Source: a virus
IMG/VR virus record: IMGVR_UViG_3300033233_000020
Location: 31,071 to 95,070 of that record
Reading direction: 5' to 3' (one strand)
Length of the DNA stretch: 64,000 nt
The notes beneath the pieces are model-generated. The model saw only the letters and a program-made list of their open reading frames with translations. It made no database searches and had not been told where the DNA came from. Both the position numbers and the translations under genes were made by a program. Positions 46,003-55,029 of the stretch are shown here, one piece after another. The number at the start of each line of letters is the position of its first letter. Position 1 is the stretch's first letter.

Positions 46003-46035
46003 TAGCTGTAAACTTAAGTAAAGACAAAGGGTTCC

Positions 46036-46299
46036 ATGACTGAAGATAATCAGCTTATCAATTTGATTGCTGGTTTTACCAGTGGTGGAACTCCTTTACA
46101 AGCAACAGTAGGTAGTAAGGCTGAGTGGATGGTAACCATCTTGACAGCATCCATGCTGGCAAATGAAACGCTAGCAGCATCCATGGTTCCAGAAGAGATG
46201 GTGGATGCTGCCATCAACTATATGAATGTAATACAAGAGCGCCTCTCGTACTACGAAGGTGCTAAGCTGCATTCCCTTGAACGTCTGTTAAACAACTGA
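46036..46299 (+). CDS. Hypothetical protein
   Basis: 87-aa ORF with TAAACT -10 upstream. Confidence 0.6.
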   Translation: MTEDNQLINLIAGFTSGGTPLQATVGSKAEWMVTILTASMLANETLAASMVPEEMVDAAINYMNVIQERLSYYEGAKLHSLERLLNN

Positions 46300-46348
46300 C
46301 CAAGTCCAAGCATTGGTGCTAAGGTACCTATGTTCTTACTCTCCAATA

Positions 46349-46549
46349 ATGGAACCGATCCCCACTCCAACCATCACAGTTTCTTTTGCAATAGATCTTG
46401 AATTAAAGTACGATCCTTTTAAAGGCAAGTCTCCCGTGCAGTTTGCTGCCTTGGTAGAAGATGATCTACATGATGCATTGATGGACTTTCGTCCTGAAAC
46501 CCTTAGCGCATACACCTCAATCACTGCAATCAACGAAGACAATGTCTGA
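46349..46549 (+). CDS. Hypothetical protein
   Basis: ORF. Confidence 0.5.
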   Translation: MEPIPTPTITVSFAIDLELKYDPFKGKSPVQFAALVEDDLHDALMDFRPETLSAYTSITAINEDNV

Positions 46550-46784
46550 TCACAACCAAGGCAGCACTCTATTTGATTGGGATGTAAAAAAAGAGCAGCG
46601 CAAAGCTGACTTTATGGAACACCTTTTTGATGTCTATAAGCCTAGTAACAATTGCTACACAGGTTTGTGGCAAAAGTTTTGCATGGGTGAAGCAGGTGAG
46701 TACTGCAAGAACATGTACTACGAGCAACTAGAAGCTATCCAAAACTACTTGGAAACAATTGAAGTCAAAGAAGTAAATGAGTGA
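46542..46784 (+). CDS. Hypothetical protein
   Basis: RKADFMEHLF..Y...YTGLWQKF. Confidence 0.6.
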   Translation: MSDHNQGSTLFDWDVKKEQRKADFMEHLFDVYKPSNNCYTGLWQKFCMGEAGEYCKNMYYEQLEAIQNYLETIEVKEVNE

Positions 46785-47016
46785 AGAAACTAATAAATCT
46801 CAACGTCCTAACTGGATATGCGATCCGTGTGGGCAACTATACGGCAGGTGGTACCAGGGGAATTACAGTGGACCATTGAAGCATTGCGCTACATATCACA
46901 ATGGAACATGTGATATCTGTTTAGACAAAACATCAGTTACAGAACCACGGGACTACGGTCACGTGGTTCGTGATTGGAAATACAGATACGAGGTAGATAG
47001 TAAGCGAAGCCAGTAA
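46777..47016 (+). CDS. Small Zn-finger protein
   Basis: WICDPCG...ATYHNGTCDIC...VTEPRDYG. Confidence 0.65.
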   Translation: MSEETNKSQRPNWICDPCGQLYGRWYQGNYSGPLKHCATYHNGTCDICLDKTSVTEPRDYGHVVRDWKYRYEVDSKRSQ

Positions 47017-47020
47017 ATAT

Positions 47021-47365
47021 TTAATTGCCAGCAGCAATTGAAAACAATACGGTTGCTGTAGTACCGCCTGTTTCAGAAACAAAAATAGGTTGAATATACT
47101 TTACAGGATGATTAGCTGTGTTGTAATGAAAAGTTCCGTTTGCAGTAATAGTCTGGTTAGCAATTATCTTTGACCAGTTTGTGCCATCAATTGAACCGTT
47201 TAACGCCACAACCACGTTAGTGTTAATGTCTGCTACCGTAGCAAACAAACTAAAGTTCTTTGAGACAATAGAAGGCGGCAAGTAAACAGATGTGGACTCG
47301 CCAGAAGCAGGCGCTGATAATACAGGATAGTTATTGAAAAGAATATCTGGAGGACGTACTGACAT
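47021..47365 (-). CDS. Beta-rich structural-type protein
   Basis: VVVALNGSIDGTNW...PVKYI. Confidence 0.55.
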   Translation of the reverse strand: MSVRPPDILFNNYPVLSAPASGESTSVYLPPSIVSKNFSLFATVADINTNVVVALNGSIDGTNWSKIIANQTITANGTFHYNTANHPVKYIQPIFVSETGGTTATVLFSIAAGN

Positions 47366-47456
47366 ACTTTTGTTTTTTCTGTTTTAATTTTACTGCATAA
47401 AACTATAGCCAACCTTCAATCAACTCCTGATAAACTAGAAGTATTGATACGGCGTT

Positions 47457-48017
47457 ATGTACACAGCATATCCAACGCAACCACCCCAGATGGGGGTTGA
47501 GTCACCCCAGGCTGGTGTAGTACCAGAGCCTCAGGCCAAGCCTAAAGGTCCTGCTAAATCAAAAGCTAATGGCGACATAGGTGCTTTTATACAACAGTGC
47601 ATTAGTCTTTGTTCTTACCTAAAAGAACTGGAGACTCAATCTCATTTGATTCATTTGAATTATGAGGGATCAAACTTCTTGGGTGTTCATGCATTCTTAA
47701 AAGAACAATACGAAGCACACCTTGAGCAGTTCGATACAGTTGCTGAATTTATTCGCAGCATGGATTACATGATGCCAATGTGTGGCTCTGGACTCAGAGA
47801 CTCAGCACCTGTCATGCAATCAGTAACCTCGTATAAAGGTACTGACATGCTTGGTGTGTATTACAAGAACCTTGAAGAGCTAGGTATGAAAGCTAAGAAG
47901 CTAGAAGCCGTAGCTGAGAAAGTGCATGCTATTGACATCCAGAACTATATGGCTGACCTTGTGGGCCAGGCATTTAAGGCGGCTTGGCAAATCAAAGCGA
48001 CGTTGCGGAATAGCTGA
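47457..48017 (+). CDS. dps: Dps/ferritin-like protein
   Basis: HLNYEGSNFLGVHAFLKEQYE...DTVAEFIR...KAAWQI; Pro/Lys-rich N-terminal extension. Confidence 0.8.
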   Translation: MYTAYPTQPPQMGVESPQAGVVPEPQAKPKGPAKSKANGDIGAFIQQCISLCSYLKELETQSHLIHLNYEGSNFLGVHAFLKEQYEAHLEQFDTVAEFIRSMDYMMPMCGSGLRDSAPVMQSVTSYKGTDMLGVYYKNLEELGMKAKKLEAVAEKVHAIDIQNYMADLVGQAFKAAWQIKATLRNS

Positions 48018-48889
48018 TGGGAGATTTTTTTCAACAATTTTTAAACACAGCAAGAGCTAAATACAAAGAAGCGGATAAGGCTGCGGGTGGTTGGCTGCCA
48101 GGAGGCGGTGTTGCGTCTCCTTTAACGCAAGCAAAACAAGAGGGAGAACGTAATATGGCTAATCAAATCCGGCAGCAATCCCAACAATATGTCGGTCAAC
48201 CAGGGCGGCTTGCTGGTAAAGGACAACTTTCAAATGTCGTTAGAGCTACTACACAAGCAGGTACCAATCCAGTTTCAGTTGCTTTAGGCGATCCAAAAGC
48301 AGTTGAAAAAGTAAGTCAATATTATGCGCAATATCCGGAGATGCAAAATGAATTTGATCTTAATACAAATATGTTCTTGCGTTATCTCTCAGGTACCGGA
48401 GCGGATGGCTTAAAAGTTGCACCAGATGTGGGCAAACAATTGTATTCGGATATTCAAAAACAAGAACAAAAATTCAGAGATCCGCAGTATCGAGAAATGC
48501 AAATTTCTGCTTTTTCGCAAAACCCTGAATACATAAAAGAAAATCTTTTGAAAGGACGTATCCCTGTTTATTACGGTGGCGTATCAGATGCTGTAAGCCC
48601 ACACAAATCCACACTTCCTATTGACAAAGGAGAACGTTGGCAACTTCAAAATTCTTTAGGTGCTCACTGGGCTAATCCTGTTGGAAATAACTATGCGATA
48701 CAAGGAGAAAAATACAATTTTGTTTATGCGCCTATTGCAAAAGGCGGTCGAGAAGACCGTCAAAACATGTCTTTCTTACCAATAACACCAGCAGATATGG
48801 GAAGAAATCTTGTTTCAAAAGGTTTTGGTAATCCTTTTACGTATAACTTAAACGTCAGTCCATCTGGTGACGTAAAAGTTTATCCTTAG
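48017..48889 (+). CDS. Hypothetical protein
   Basis: 290-aa ORF; DKAAGGWLPGGG. Confidence 0.6.
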   Translation: MGDFFQQFLNTARAKYKEADKAAGGWLPGGGVASPLTQAKQEGERNMANQIRQQSQQYVGQPGRLAGKGQLSNVVRATTQAGTNPVSVALGDPKAVEKVSQYYAQYPEMQNEFDLNTNMFLRYLSGTGADGLKVAPDVGKQLYSDIQKQEQKFRDPQYREMQISAFSQNPEYIKENLLKGRIPVYYGGVSDAVSPHKSTLPIDKGERWQLQNSLGAHWANPVGNNYAIQGEKYNFVYAPIAKGGREDRQNMSFLPITPADMGRNLVSKGFGNPFTYNLNVSPSGDVKVYP

Positions 48890-49134
48890 TCAGCCCAGTG
48901 CTCAAGCCTATGGCAGTTGCAGCATAGAGGAATACATTTAACCATCTCTTCTTCAATGCGTTTCCATCCATACCCATGATTTACCATGTTGGAGATGTTA
49001 TGGTCTTTATCTCCCAGGTGGTGGAACTCTAAGATGCGGTGATCATCTATGCTGCAGTGCTGACATTTTAAAGTCTTTTTGTACTCAAGAAATTTTTTTC
49101 GATGTGCATCGATACGTTGTTTGACTTTTGACAA
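48886..49134 (-). CDS. Small HNH endonuclease-like protein
   Basis: CQHC..DDHRILEFHH...KCIPLCCNCHRLEH. Confidence 0.8.
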   Translation of the reverse strand: MSKVKQRIDAHRKKFLEYKKTLKCQHCSIDDHRILEFHHLGDKDHNISNMVNHGYGWKRIEEEMVKCIPLCCNCHRLEHWAD

Positions 49135-49342
49135 CTATTCCAATGCCTTACTACGCCACTAATTATAAATAGATTTGTTATGAAGTAGGTTATGAAAACT
49201 ATTGTTTGGATGCCGGCCACTAGGTCGGCATCTTTAGTTTGGTGTGATGCCTTTTCTCCTAAGGCAAGAGCCCATAGCTTCCACAACTTTTTCAAGCGTT
49301 GACCTTTAGAATGCATAGAATAAATACAAGTGCTTTAAGTAT

Positions 49343-49618
49343 ATGCGTCTGCGTCCTGGTTTTGATATCGACATTAATTTAGTAGATGACTACGGTGACA
49401 TCTACGTAGGACCACTTGTAATCTCCTGGTGCAACCAAGGGGATGGTGAACATGGATCCTTTGGTCTTAACTGGAGCGATAAGTGGCACCTGTATATGAC
49501 GTACTATGAACCATGTGATACGTTTACCGGTTCAACCCATGGCTGGCCAGGCTTTGTAGATTGGGAGCTATGTGTATATAACGATCAAGCAAGGTTTATC
49601 AAGATTACAAAAAATTAA
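49343..49618 (+). CDS. Hypothetical protein
   Basis: 91-aa ORF. Confidence 0.5.
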   Translation: MRLRPGFDIDINLVDDYGDIYVGPLVISWCNQGDGEHGSFGLNWSDKWHLYMTYYEPCDTFTGSTHGWPGFVDWELCVYNDQARFIKITKN

Positions 49619-49700
49619 AGCACCTATCACACCTGATAAATATAGCTATGCAACCGTTGACAATCCACAAGATTTCATATCTTTTCTGGGTAATTAAAAA

Positions 49701-49773
49701 TCAACTGTGCTGGAATCGAACCAGCTATCCAACTCCCTTGTCGGGGTGTCCTTACCAATGGACTACCAGTTGA
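49701..49773 (-). ncRNA. tRNA-like RNA with a non-canonical anticodon arm
   Basis: TCAACTG/CAGTTGA, D-arm GTCC-ATTGGTAA-GGAC, T-arm GCTGG-TTCGATT-CCAGC; no standard 5-bp/7-nt anticodon arm; no CCA. Confidence 0.7.
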
Positions 49774-49777
49774 GTTA

Positions 49778-49934
49778 ACCCTCTGTTTGAGCATCATTGA
49801 TAACTAAATGAGAATGCCTGCAAGCCTGTGCGCACAGTGTAAAGCCGTTCTCGTTACCAAGCTAAGCTTGAGGGTGTGTACTAATCCGTTGAGCTTGCCT
49901 ATAGGTCCCCGGCTCACCAGTGGATTTAACTGGC
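49778..49934 (-). ncRNA. Large structured RNA, possibly manA-motif-like
   Basis: CCAGT/ACTGG hairpin whose AATCC loop matches downstream GGATT; ACCCTC/GAGGGT; GAGAA/TTCTC; 3' GATGCTCAAACAGAGG; family assignment from memory only. Confidence 0.5.
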
Positions 49935-50024
49935 AGAAGTGATCAACCCCCTGGCCTGCAAACACAGGACTTAATTACGCAAACACGGCGACTGGAAATT
50001 TCCGGTCCGTGCGCTGCTTTCCGT

Positions 50025-50033
50025 ATCATAACA
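50025..50033 (-). promoter_or_regulatory. Extended -10 promoter for the RNA cassette
   Basis: TG-T-TATGAT, 7 nt before a long hairpin (49979-50017). Confidence 0.55.
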
Positions 50034-50118
50034 GAAAACCCCAGGTTCTCACACCTGAGGTCATGTTCCAATACCCGTTCCATCTGGGATGGACTCTTGT
50101 ATTCTAAATTACTTTTTC

Positions 50119-50868
50119 TTATTCTTTAAACAGCTTTAAGGTTTCTAGTAGCCAATTTTTTTTATAGCTCTTTACTTTTCTTGGTGCACCATCAACATAT
50201 TGAATGCGCGTGGGGGGCTCCTCGTCAAACTGTTGCCTGTAGCTATTTGCTACAAACTTTCCAACAATGCTTGCTTTGTTGCGCTCCAGGCGTTTTTGAA
50301 ATTGTTCCATATATGCATCACTAATGGTCATTTCCTCATCCCCTGGAGGCAAGAGAAAATCAGAATTGACACGCATTGCGTTGTTACGGGCAAGATCTGA
50401 AAACAAAATCTTGTCGCGATCATCAAAACATCCAAGATCTTTAATAAAATCAACTGATTCTCTGAGAAGATTCAGTACGTTTGTACCAGAAATAGGTGGT
50501 TGTAGTGCTGAAGGTGTGGTTGCTTGGCGATTAAGTTCACCCAAGAACCATTTATCCATCCATACCCTAAATGGTGTTGATATCCAGCGAGCTAGATCAA
50601 CCGCGATTAAGGGATGAATCCATGTTTCACCGCCCTCGCTACCGCCAATTTTAGACTCAACCAAACCGTAGACCGGGATTCGGTCTTCGGTCGACAGCGT
50701 CTCTAGGTACTCGTTGGTTTGATTTAATTCTCGGTATTTAGTCCAACGTTTGCCATTTGCCTTGCACATGGCGGTGGCATTGACGTAGCCATCTGTGGTG
50801 CGCCGAGAAATGGGCGTACCGTTCCAGGAACGAACATCAAGCGCGTCTTGTGATGCTAGGATTTCCAT
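50119..50868 (-). CDS. KilA-N domain protein
   Basis: DGYVNATAMCKANGK...ETWIHPLIAVDLARWIST.F. Confidence 0.9.
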   Translation of the reverse strand: MEILASQDALDVRSWNGTPISRRTTDGYVNATAMCKANGKRWTKYRELNQTNEYLETLSTEDRIPVYGLVESKIGGSEGGETWIHPLIAVDLARWISTPFRVWMDKWFLGELNRQATTPSALQPPISGTNVLNLLRESVDFIKDLGCFDDRDKILFSDLARNNAMRVNSDFLLPPGDEEMTISDAYMEQFQKRLERNKASIVGKFVANSYRQQFDEEPPTRIQYVDGAPRKVKSYKKNWLLETLKLFKE

Positions 50869-50963
50869 GATGCGTTAACTAAAGGACGGGGTGACAACCG
50901 TCCTTTTTTCATGGTAGCAGATTCCAGGGGGGCAACCCAGTCCTAGAAACACCGTAGTGCAGA

Positions 50964-51131
50964 CTATTTTTTCTTGGCCGCAGCCTCTTTCTTCTTAGCA
51001 ATCATTTCCTTGAACTTGTTACGTGCTGCAGTTTGCTTGTCTGATGCACCACCTTTTCCTTTAGGAGGAACTGGTTTGCCTTTAGGTGGTACTGCTTTGC
51101 CTTTAGCAACAGGTGGTTTCTTAGCAGCCAT
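50964..51131 (-). CDS. Histone-like Lys/Pro/Ala-rich peptide (55 aa)
   Basis: MAAKKPPVAKGKAVPPKGKPVPPKGK...AAKKK, hand-translated. Confidence 0.65.
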   Translation of the reverse strand: MAAKKPPVAKGKAVPPKGKPVPPKGKGGASDKQTAARNKFKEMIAKKKEAAAKKK

Positions 51132-51163
51132 GATCTTTATTAGATTAGCTTCTTTATTTTAAG

Positions 51164-51364
51164 TCACTTCTTCTTGGGAGTCCTAGCTTTTTTGCTAGCT
51201 TTCTTTGCTGCTTCTGTGTTAGGTACAAACTGTTTACCTTGTTTGCTGCCGGCTTTTTTCTTTGCATCAGTCTTGGTACGTTCCTCTTTGGAGAGGGAAG
51301 CCCATGCCTTTTCAGGTAAGTAGCGTTTGGTTTGCCCAGATTGAATCGCTTTATCAGCTGGCAT
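51164..51364 (-). CDS. Basic protein (DUF5872-like C-terminal half)
   Basis: KRYLPEKAWASLS...KKKAGSKQGKQFVPNT. Confidence 0.65.
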   Translation of the reverse strand: MPADKAIQSGQTKRYLPEKAWASLSKEERTKTDAKKKAGSKQGKQFVPNTEAAKKASKKARTPKKK

Positions 51365-51648
51365 TACTTTGACTCCTTATATTTTTTGGCCGCAGACTTT
51401 GCTTTGGTTCGTTTTTCGTACTCATCTTTGGTGGACCACTTTTCTTTCCCCCACTTCTCTAGAGATTTTTGTTTCTCACCTTTACCGCCTTTGTATCCAC
51501 CACCTGTTTTTTCATACTCTTGGACTAAAAGTTGACTTTTCCTAGCACTCCATTGACCTGGCTTACCGCCTTTGGAGCCAGCCATTACGCGATCTTTAAT
51601 GTTCTCGCGCAACTCAGGTTTGGAGTACTTGTTTGTGTCCTGAGCCAT
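51364..51648 (-). CDS. Basic protein (DUF5872-like N-terminal half)
   Basis: YSKPELRE...GSKGGKPGQWSARKSQL...GGGYKG. Confidence 0.7.
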   Translation of the reverse strand: MAQDTNKYSKPELRENIKDRVMAGSKGGKPGQWSARKSQLLVQEYEKTGGGYKGGKGEKQKSLEKWGKEKWSTKDEYEKRTKAKSAAKKYKESK

Positions 51649-51688
51649 AATAAACTTGTGAATAAATATTTAATTATCTACTAATCTG

Positions 51689-52249
51689 TTAATAAGGTGG
51701 CATCCCCATAGGTGGCATTCCTGTGGGCATACCCATAGGTGGCATTCCTGTGGGCATACCCATAGGCATTCCCATCAGTTGCATCCCTGGAGGTTGTTTG
51801 TTAAGGTGCACTCCATACGAATATTTGTCTCGGTTGGGATCGTTGAGTCCTAGCTGAAGAGCAGCGGTACTTGGATCATTAGAAACATTACGTTTGCGGA
51901 ACCCAAGGAAACCTTCTGGTTGTCTGGTATTAGCGTTATAAGCACCTGAGGCTTCAAGATAGAGTGCGTTCCTAGCATCACCAATAGGAATAGTTGCTGA
52001 ACCGCGAATAGATTGAGTGGTTGGATCTACGCTTGCGTTAATATCAGTACCATAGACATTACTATACCCAATGCCAAGATTTAAAGGGGGTGGTGGCATG
52101 CCCATTGGGTTGAAGCCCATGGACATTCCCCCACCAAGAGCCCCTGCTCCACCAGGGGGAAAAGCAGGTAAAGGAGTGATAGGTTGATCAGTAGTTGATA
52201 AATTGCGAGCGCGATCTAAATGCTTCTGGAATAATGCAGGATCAGCCAC
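51689..52249 (-). CDS. Hypothetical protein with Pro-Met-Gly repeats
   Basis: C-terminal MPMGMPTGMPPMGMPTGMPP; 27-bp tandem at 51711-51764. Confidence 0.6.
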   Translation of the reverse strand: MADPALFQKHLDRARNLSTTDQPITPLPAFPPGGAGALGGGMSMGFNPMGMPPPPLNLGIGYSNVYGTDINASVDPTTQSIRGSATIPIGDARNALYLEASGAYNANTRQPEGFLGFRKRNVSNDPSTAALQLGLNDPNRDKYSYGVHLNKQPPGMQLMGMPMGMPTGMPPMGMPTGMPPMGMPPY

Positions 52250-52374
52250 TTTTATTTTGTCTTTCTTTAATTATACGCTCCCACTTACAAGGACGAACAG
52301 CCTTAGCCCAATCTTTGTAAGGATTGGGGATCAGTTCTTCTAGCTTCCAAAAATAATCTTGGAGGCGTTCTTCG

Positions 52375-52608
52375 TTAGAAGAGTGGGTCATCTGCAGGAT
52401 GTGCGGGCATGTTGCCGCTACCCTTGGGAGAACCGGCAAACTTATTCATCATTTCATCCATGCACTCTAGAGATTCACAGCGCACTAGGAGGTCGGCTAG
52501 TGTGTTGATCGTCAGGCTGTGCTCAGACCGTGCCGCAAAAGCCAGGGCATCACGCAGGCTGCTCGTTGCTTGATTCACTGACTCCTTGACTTGGGTACTG
52601 AGGGCCAT
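52375..52608 (-). CDS. Hypothetical protein
   Basis: MALSTQVKESV...LRDALAFAARSEH. Confidence 0.6.
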   Translation of the reverse strand: MALSTQVKESVNQATSSLRDALAFAARSEHSLTINTLADLLVRCESLECMDEMMNKFAGSPKGSGNMPAHPADDPLF

Positions 52609-52791
52609 CTGCATTTCCGTTGGTCTCTTCAGTATAGCTATTGTCGGAGGCATTTAGCTTAGAGAGTAAAAGACTTTGGAGAAGCTGGGTGTGAGTACTA
52701 AGAAACTCTTTGTTTTGGTCAATGATACCAATGTATTCTGAAGGGCTAGCCATGGTTTGTAAATACGGTTGACACTAATAAAGAGTAGGGT

Positions 52792-53382
52792 TTATTCCCA
52801 AGGCTCCTCCCAGAGCCATCCAATTTGATAACCAAAGATGTAGGGTGCAATGCCAAGGGATTCCATTAGTTCATTGATGAGTCGCCCTTTGCCTATCAAG
52901 TTACCGTTTAAAGTTTGAAAGTTGTCATCAACAACAATTAAAGTCCCAGGGCGGATGATGTTTTTGGCGGCACATAACTCTTTGAGGTGATGAGCTGCTG
53001 GTGCCCAATCATTGTTCCAATCTTCGATGTTGTAAGAGTCCAGGTAAAGGAGGTCAACGCGACCTTCCATTTCACCCAAGGCTTCTACAGAATCACGCTC
53101 AATGATTAGAGCTTCTGTTGTTGCATTACGTGCTAGCTGACATGCTTTTGGATCATTGTCAATTGATATTAGGTTGCCACCATGGCATTCGATGTACTTG
53201 TCGAAGAGAAGGGTGGAGCAACCGTCGCCTTCATAATTGTTTTCTTCCCGGTACGTACCTGTTTCTATGATTGTTGGATGTTTAATTTCACCTAAGAATT
53301 CAAACATAGTTTCAAACGAAGTCCTCCTTTTGTTTAGACGTGGAGAAATATCGTCAAAATATTTACGCCAAGTACTAGTCAT
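52792..53382 (-). CDS. Class I SAM-dependent methyltransferase (Methyltransf_24-like)
   Basis: IIETGT, ISIDND, DSVEAL, DLLYLDS, LIVVDD. Confidence 0.8.
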   Translation of the reverse strand: MTSTWRKYFDDISPRLNKRRTSFETMFEFLGEIKHPTIIETGTYREENNYEGDGCSTLLFDKYIECHGGNLISIDNDPKACQLARNATTEALIIERDSVEALGEMEGRVDLLYLDSYNIEDWNNDWAPAAHHLKELCAAKNIIRPGTLIVVDDNFQTLNGNLIGKGRLINELMESLGIAPYIFGYQIGWLWEEPWE

Positions 53383-53537
53383 CAGATGTCAGTCCGTATG
53401 TAGGGAAGATTTTCTGCCTTAAGTGTAGCTTCAAAATTATCTGCATCAACCGTTTCAACGTCTTCGATCACACGATATTTGAAATCAGCACCTCTGATTT
53501 CAGAGTCAATGTAGAAGCGGGTTAAGTTAATGGACAT
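53382..53537 (-). CDS. Small hypothetical protein (51 aa)
   Basis: Hand-translated MSINLTRFYIDSE...; coupled to hli and the methyltransferase. Confidence 0.55.
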   Translation of the reverse strand: MSINLTRFYIDSEIRGADFKYRVIEDVETVDADNFEATLKAENLPYIRTDI

Positions 53538-53737
53538 TAGTTGAAGAGGCCAATAATTTCAAAGATTGATTTCTTGGTTGCAAACTCTGCCATCAAGACA
53601 GAAATAATGGTGAGCATGGCAATGCGTCCATTAACGCGCTCAGCGTACCAAAGGAAGTCATCTGGGTGGGTGGGGATGTCTAGCAGGTTGAGATCTGGGC
53701 AATATTCTTTGGTTAGCTCAGTAAAAAATTCTTTCAT
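53537..53737 (-). CDS. hli: High-light-inducible protein
   Basis: AERVNGRIAML chlorophyll-binding motif plus TM. Confidence 0.85.
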   Translation of the reverse strand: MKEFFTELTKEYCPDLNLLDIPTHPDDFLWYAERVNGRIAMLTIISVLMAEFATKKSIFEIIGLFN

Positions 53738-53738
53738 C

Positions 53739-53831
53739 TCAACGGAATATGAACGCTAGAAGTAAGTCTATAGCAACTAGAAGTAAAACGGCAGCGGCTA
53801 CGGCCGTATAGAAGGAAGATAGTTCGTCCAT
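53739..53831 (-). CDS. 30-aa single-TM peptide
   Basis: MDELSSFYTAVAAAVLLLVAIDLLLAFIFR, directly upstream of hli. Confidence 0.45.
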   Translation of the reverse strand: MDELSSFYTAVAAAVLLLVAIDLLLAFIFR

Positions 53832-53877
53832 AAAAACTGAAAACCTACTAGAATATAGGTAATATACTCGTCTTTTC

Positions 53878-54729
53878 ATGGCGGCGACTGCAACTACAGA
53901 AAATCCGCTCTACGTACAAATCAAACAACATCCTGATTTGTTGGCGGAACTTAATGCTCAGCCTGCCAGGGTTACGATCAATGGTAAGAGGCACTACAAT
54001 ACTCCGTTCTATACGGGGCCGGTACCGTCAGTAACCACTATAATTTCTGAGACTGCATCAGAAGCCAACAAAAAAAAGTTGGAGATGTGGGCTAAGAATA
54101 ATCCGGGGGTGAAGGAGGCCGCTGCTGAGCGCGGCACCTGTATCCACTCTTGTATGGAGCACTATCTCAAGAAGGAAGAGTTTGAAGTCCCAGAGGAGTA
54201 TTCCGAATTTTGGGGTGGTATGCCCCAGATGTTGGACTTGTTTGAGGAAGTGATCTGGGCTGAGACGCCCCTACAGGACAAGCATCAATTTGCTTTGTCT
54301 TCTGATGGGGTGGGCAGGGTATGGGGCTGGGATAAAGAAGACAGGGGCTGGTGTGGATCTCCTGACATTATTGGGGTGGCAAGTGGCAAGCTTACGCTGG
54401 CAGATTTGAAGACCTCTGTAAAACCCTACTCTCGTTACTGGCCCAAGAACTTGGAGAAAGGATCGCCTGAATGGCGGAACTTACTTGCAGGCAACATGAA
54501 ATTTAATAAGACATGCCTGCAGCTCGGGGCTTATGACCTGGGTATTGAGCAGAGCTTGGGCATGACAGTTCAGCAGGCAGCAATCCTGGTGTCGACGCCT
54601 GAACGCACTCAACTCTTTAAGATCACCAGGAATCACCTCAATATTATGAGGGAGAAGTGGTTGAAAGTAGTAGAGGAGTACTATAGCCAGATCGAGCGTT
54701 GTGGAATATATGATGCTGATTTGGTATAA
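53878..54729 (+). CDS. PD-(D/E)XK exonuclease
   Basis: PSVTTII, ERGTCIH..ME, GSPD, LADLKTS, QLGAY. Confidence 0.85.
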   Translation: MAATATTENPLYVQIKQHPDLLAELNAQPARVTINGKRHYNTPFYTGPVPSVTTIISETASEANKKKLEMWAKNNPGVKEAAAERGTCIHSCMEHYLKKEEFEVPEEYSEFWGGMPQMLDLFEEVIWAETPLQDKHQFALSSDGVGRVWGWDKEDRGWCGSPDIIGVASGKLTLADLKTSVKPYSRYWPKNLEKGSPEWRNLLAGNMKFNKTCLQLGAYDLGIEQSLGMTVQQAAILVSTPERTQLFKITRNHLNIMREKWLKVVEEYYSQIERCGIYDADLV

Positions 54730-54841
54730 AAATACCAACAGGAAATGAGACTAATGAGACTTGCTGATCTCAAGGAAATAAACCTTGTTTAGGTGGTTTA
54801 CTAGGCGTAGGATAAGAAGACAAGAAAAACAAAAAACCTCG

Positions 54842-55027
54842 ATGGAGATTTCGGTCTCGGTCGGAGAGTGGATCCAGGCACTGTCCTGCCGCATGTCTAA
54901 TGCGGTAGATGGTGACTGCTTTTTACTCCCTACCCACATGCACTTACATGCTTTTGAAACCCTAAAAGAACAAGAGCAATTTGCTGAGAAAAAGTTTAGA
55001 GTAAAGTTAGCTTCCAACGTTCACTAG
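54842..55027 (+). CDS. Hypothetical protein
   Basis: Short ORF ending 2 nt before the primase gene. Confidence 0.45.
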   Translation: MEISVSVGEWIQALSCRMSNAVDGDCFLLPTHMHLHAFETLKEQEQFAEKKFRVKLASNVH

Positions 55028-55029
55028 AA

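Noticed and set aside
49920-50129. 69-aa plus-strand ORF over the RNA cassette
   Set aside because: No RBS or motif; the region is better explained by a minus-strand promoter and RNA structure
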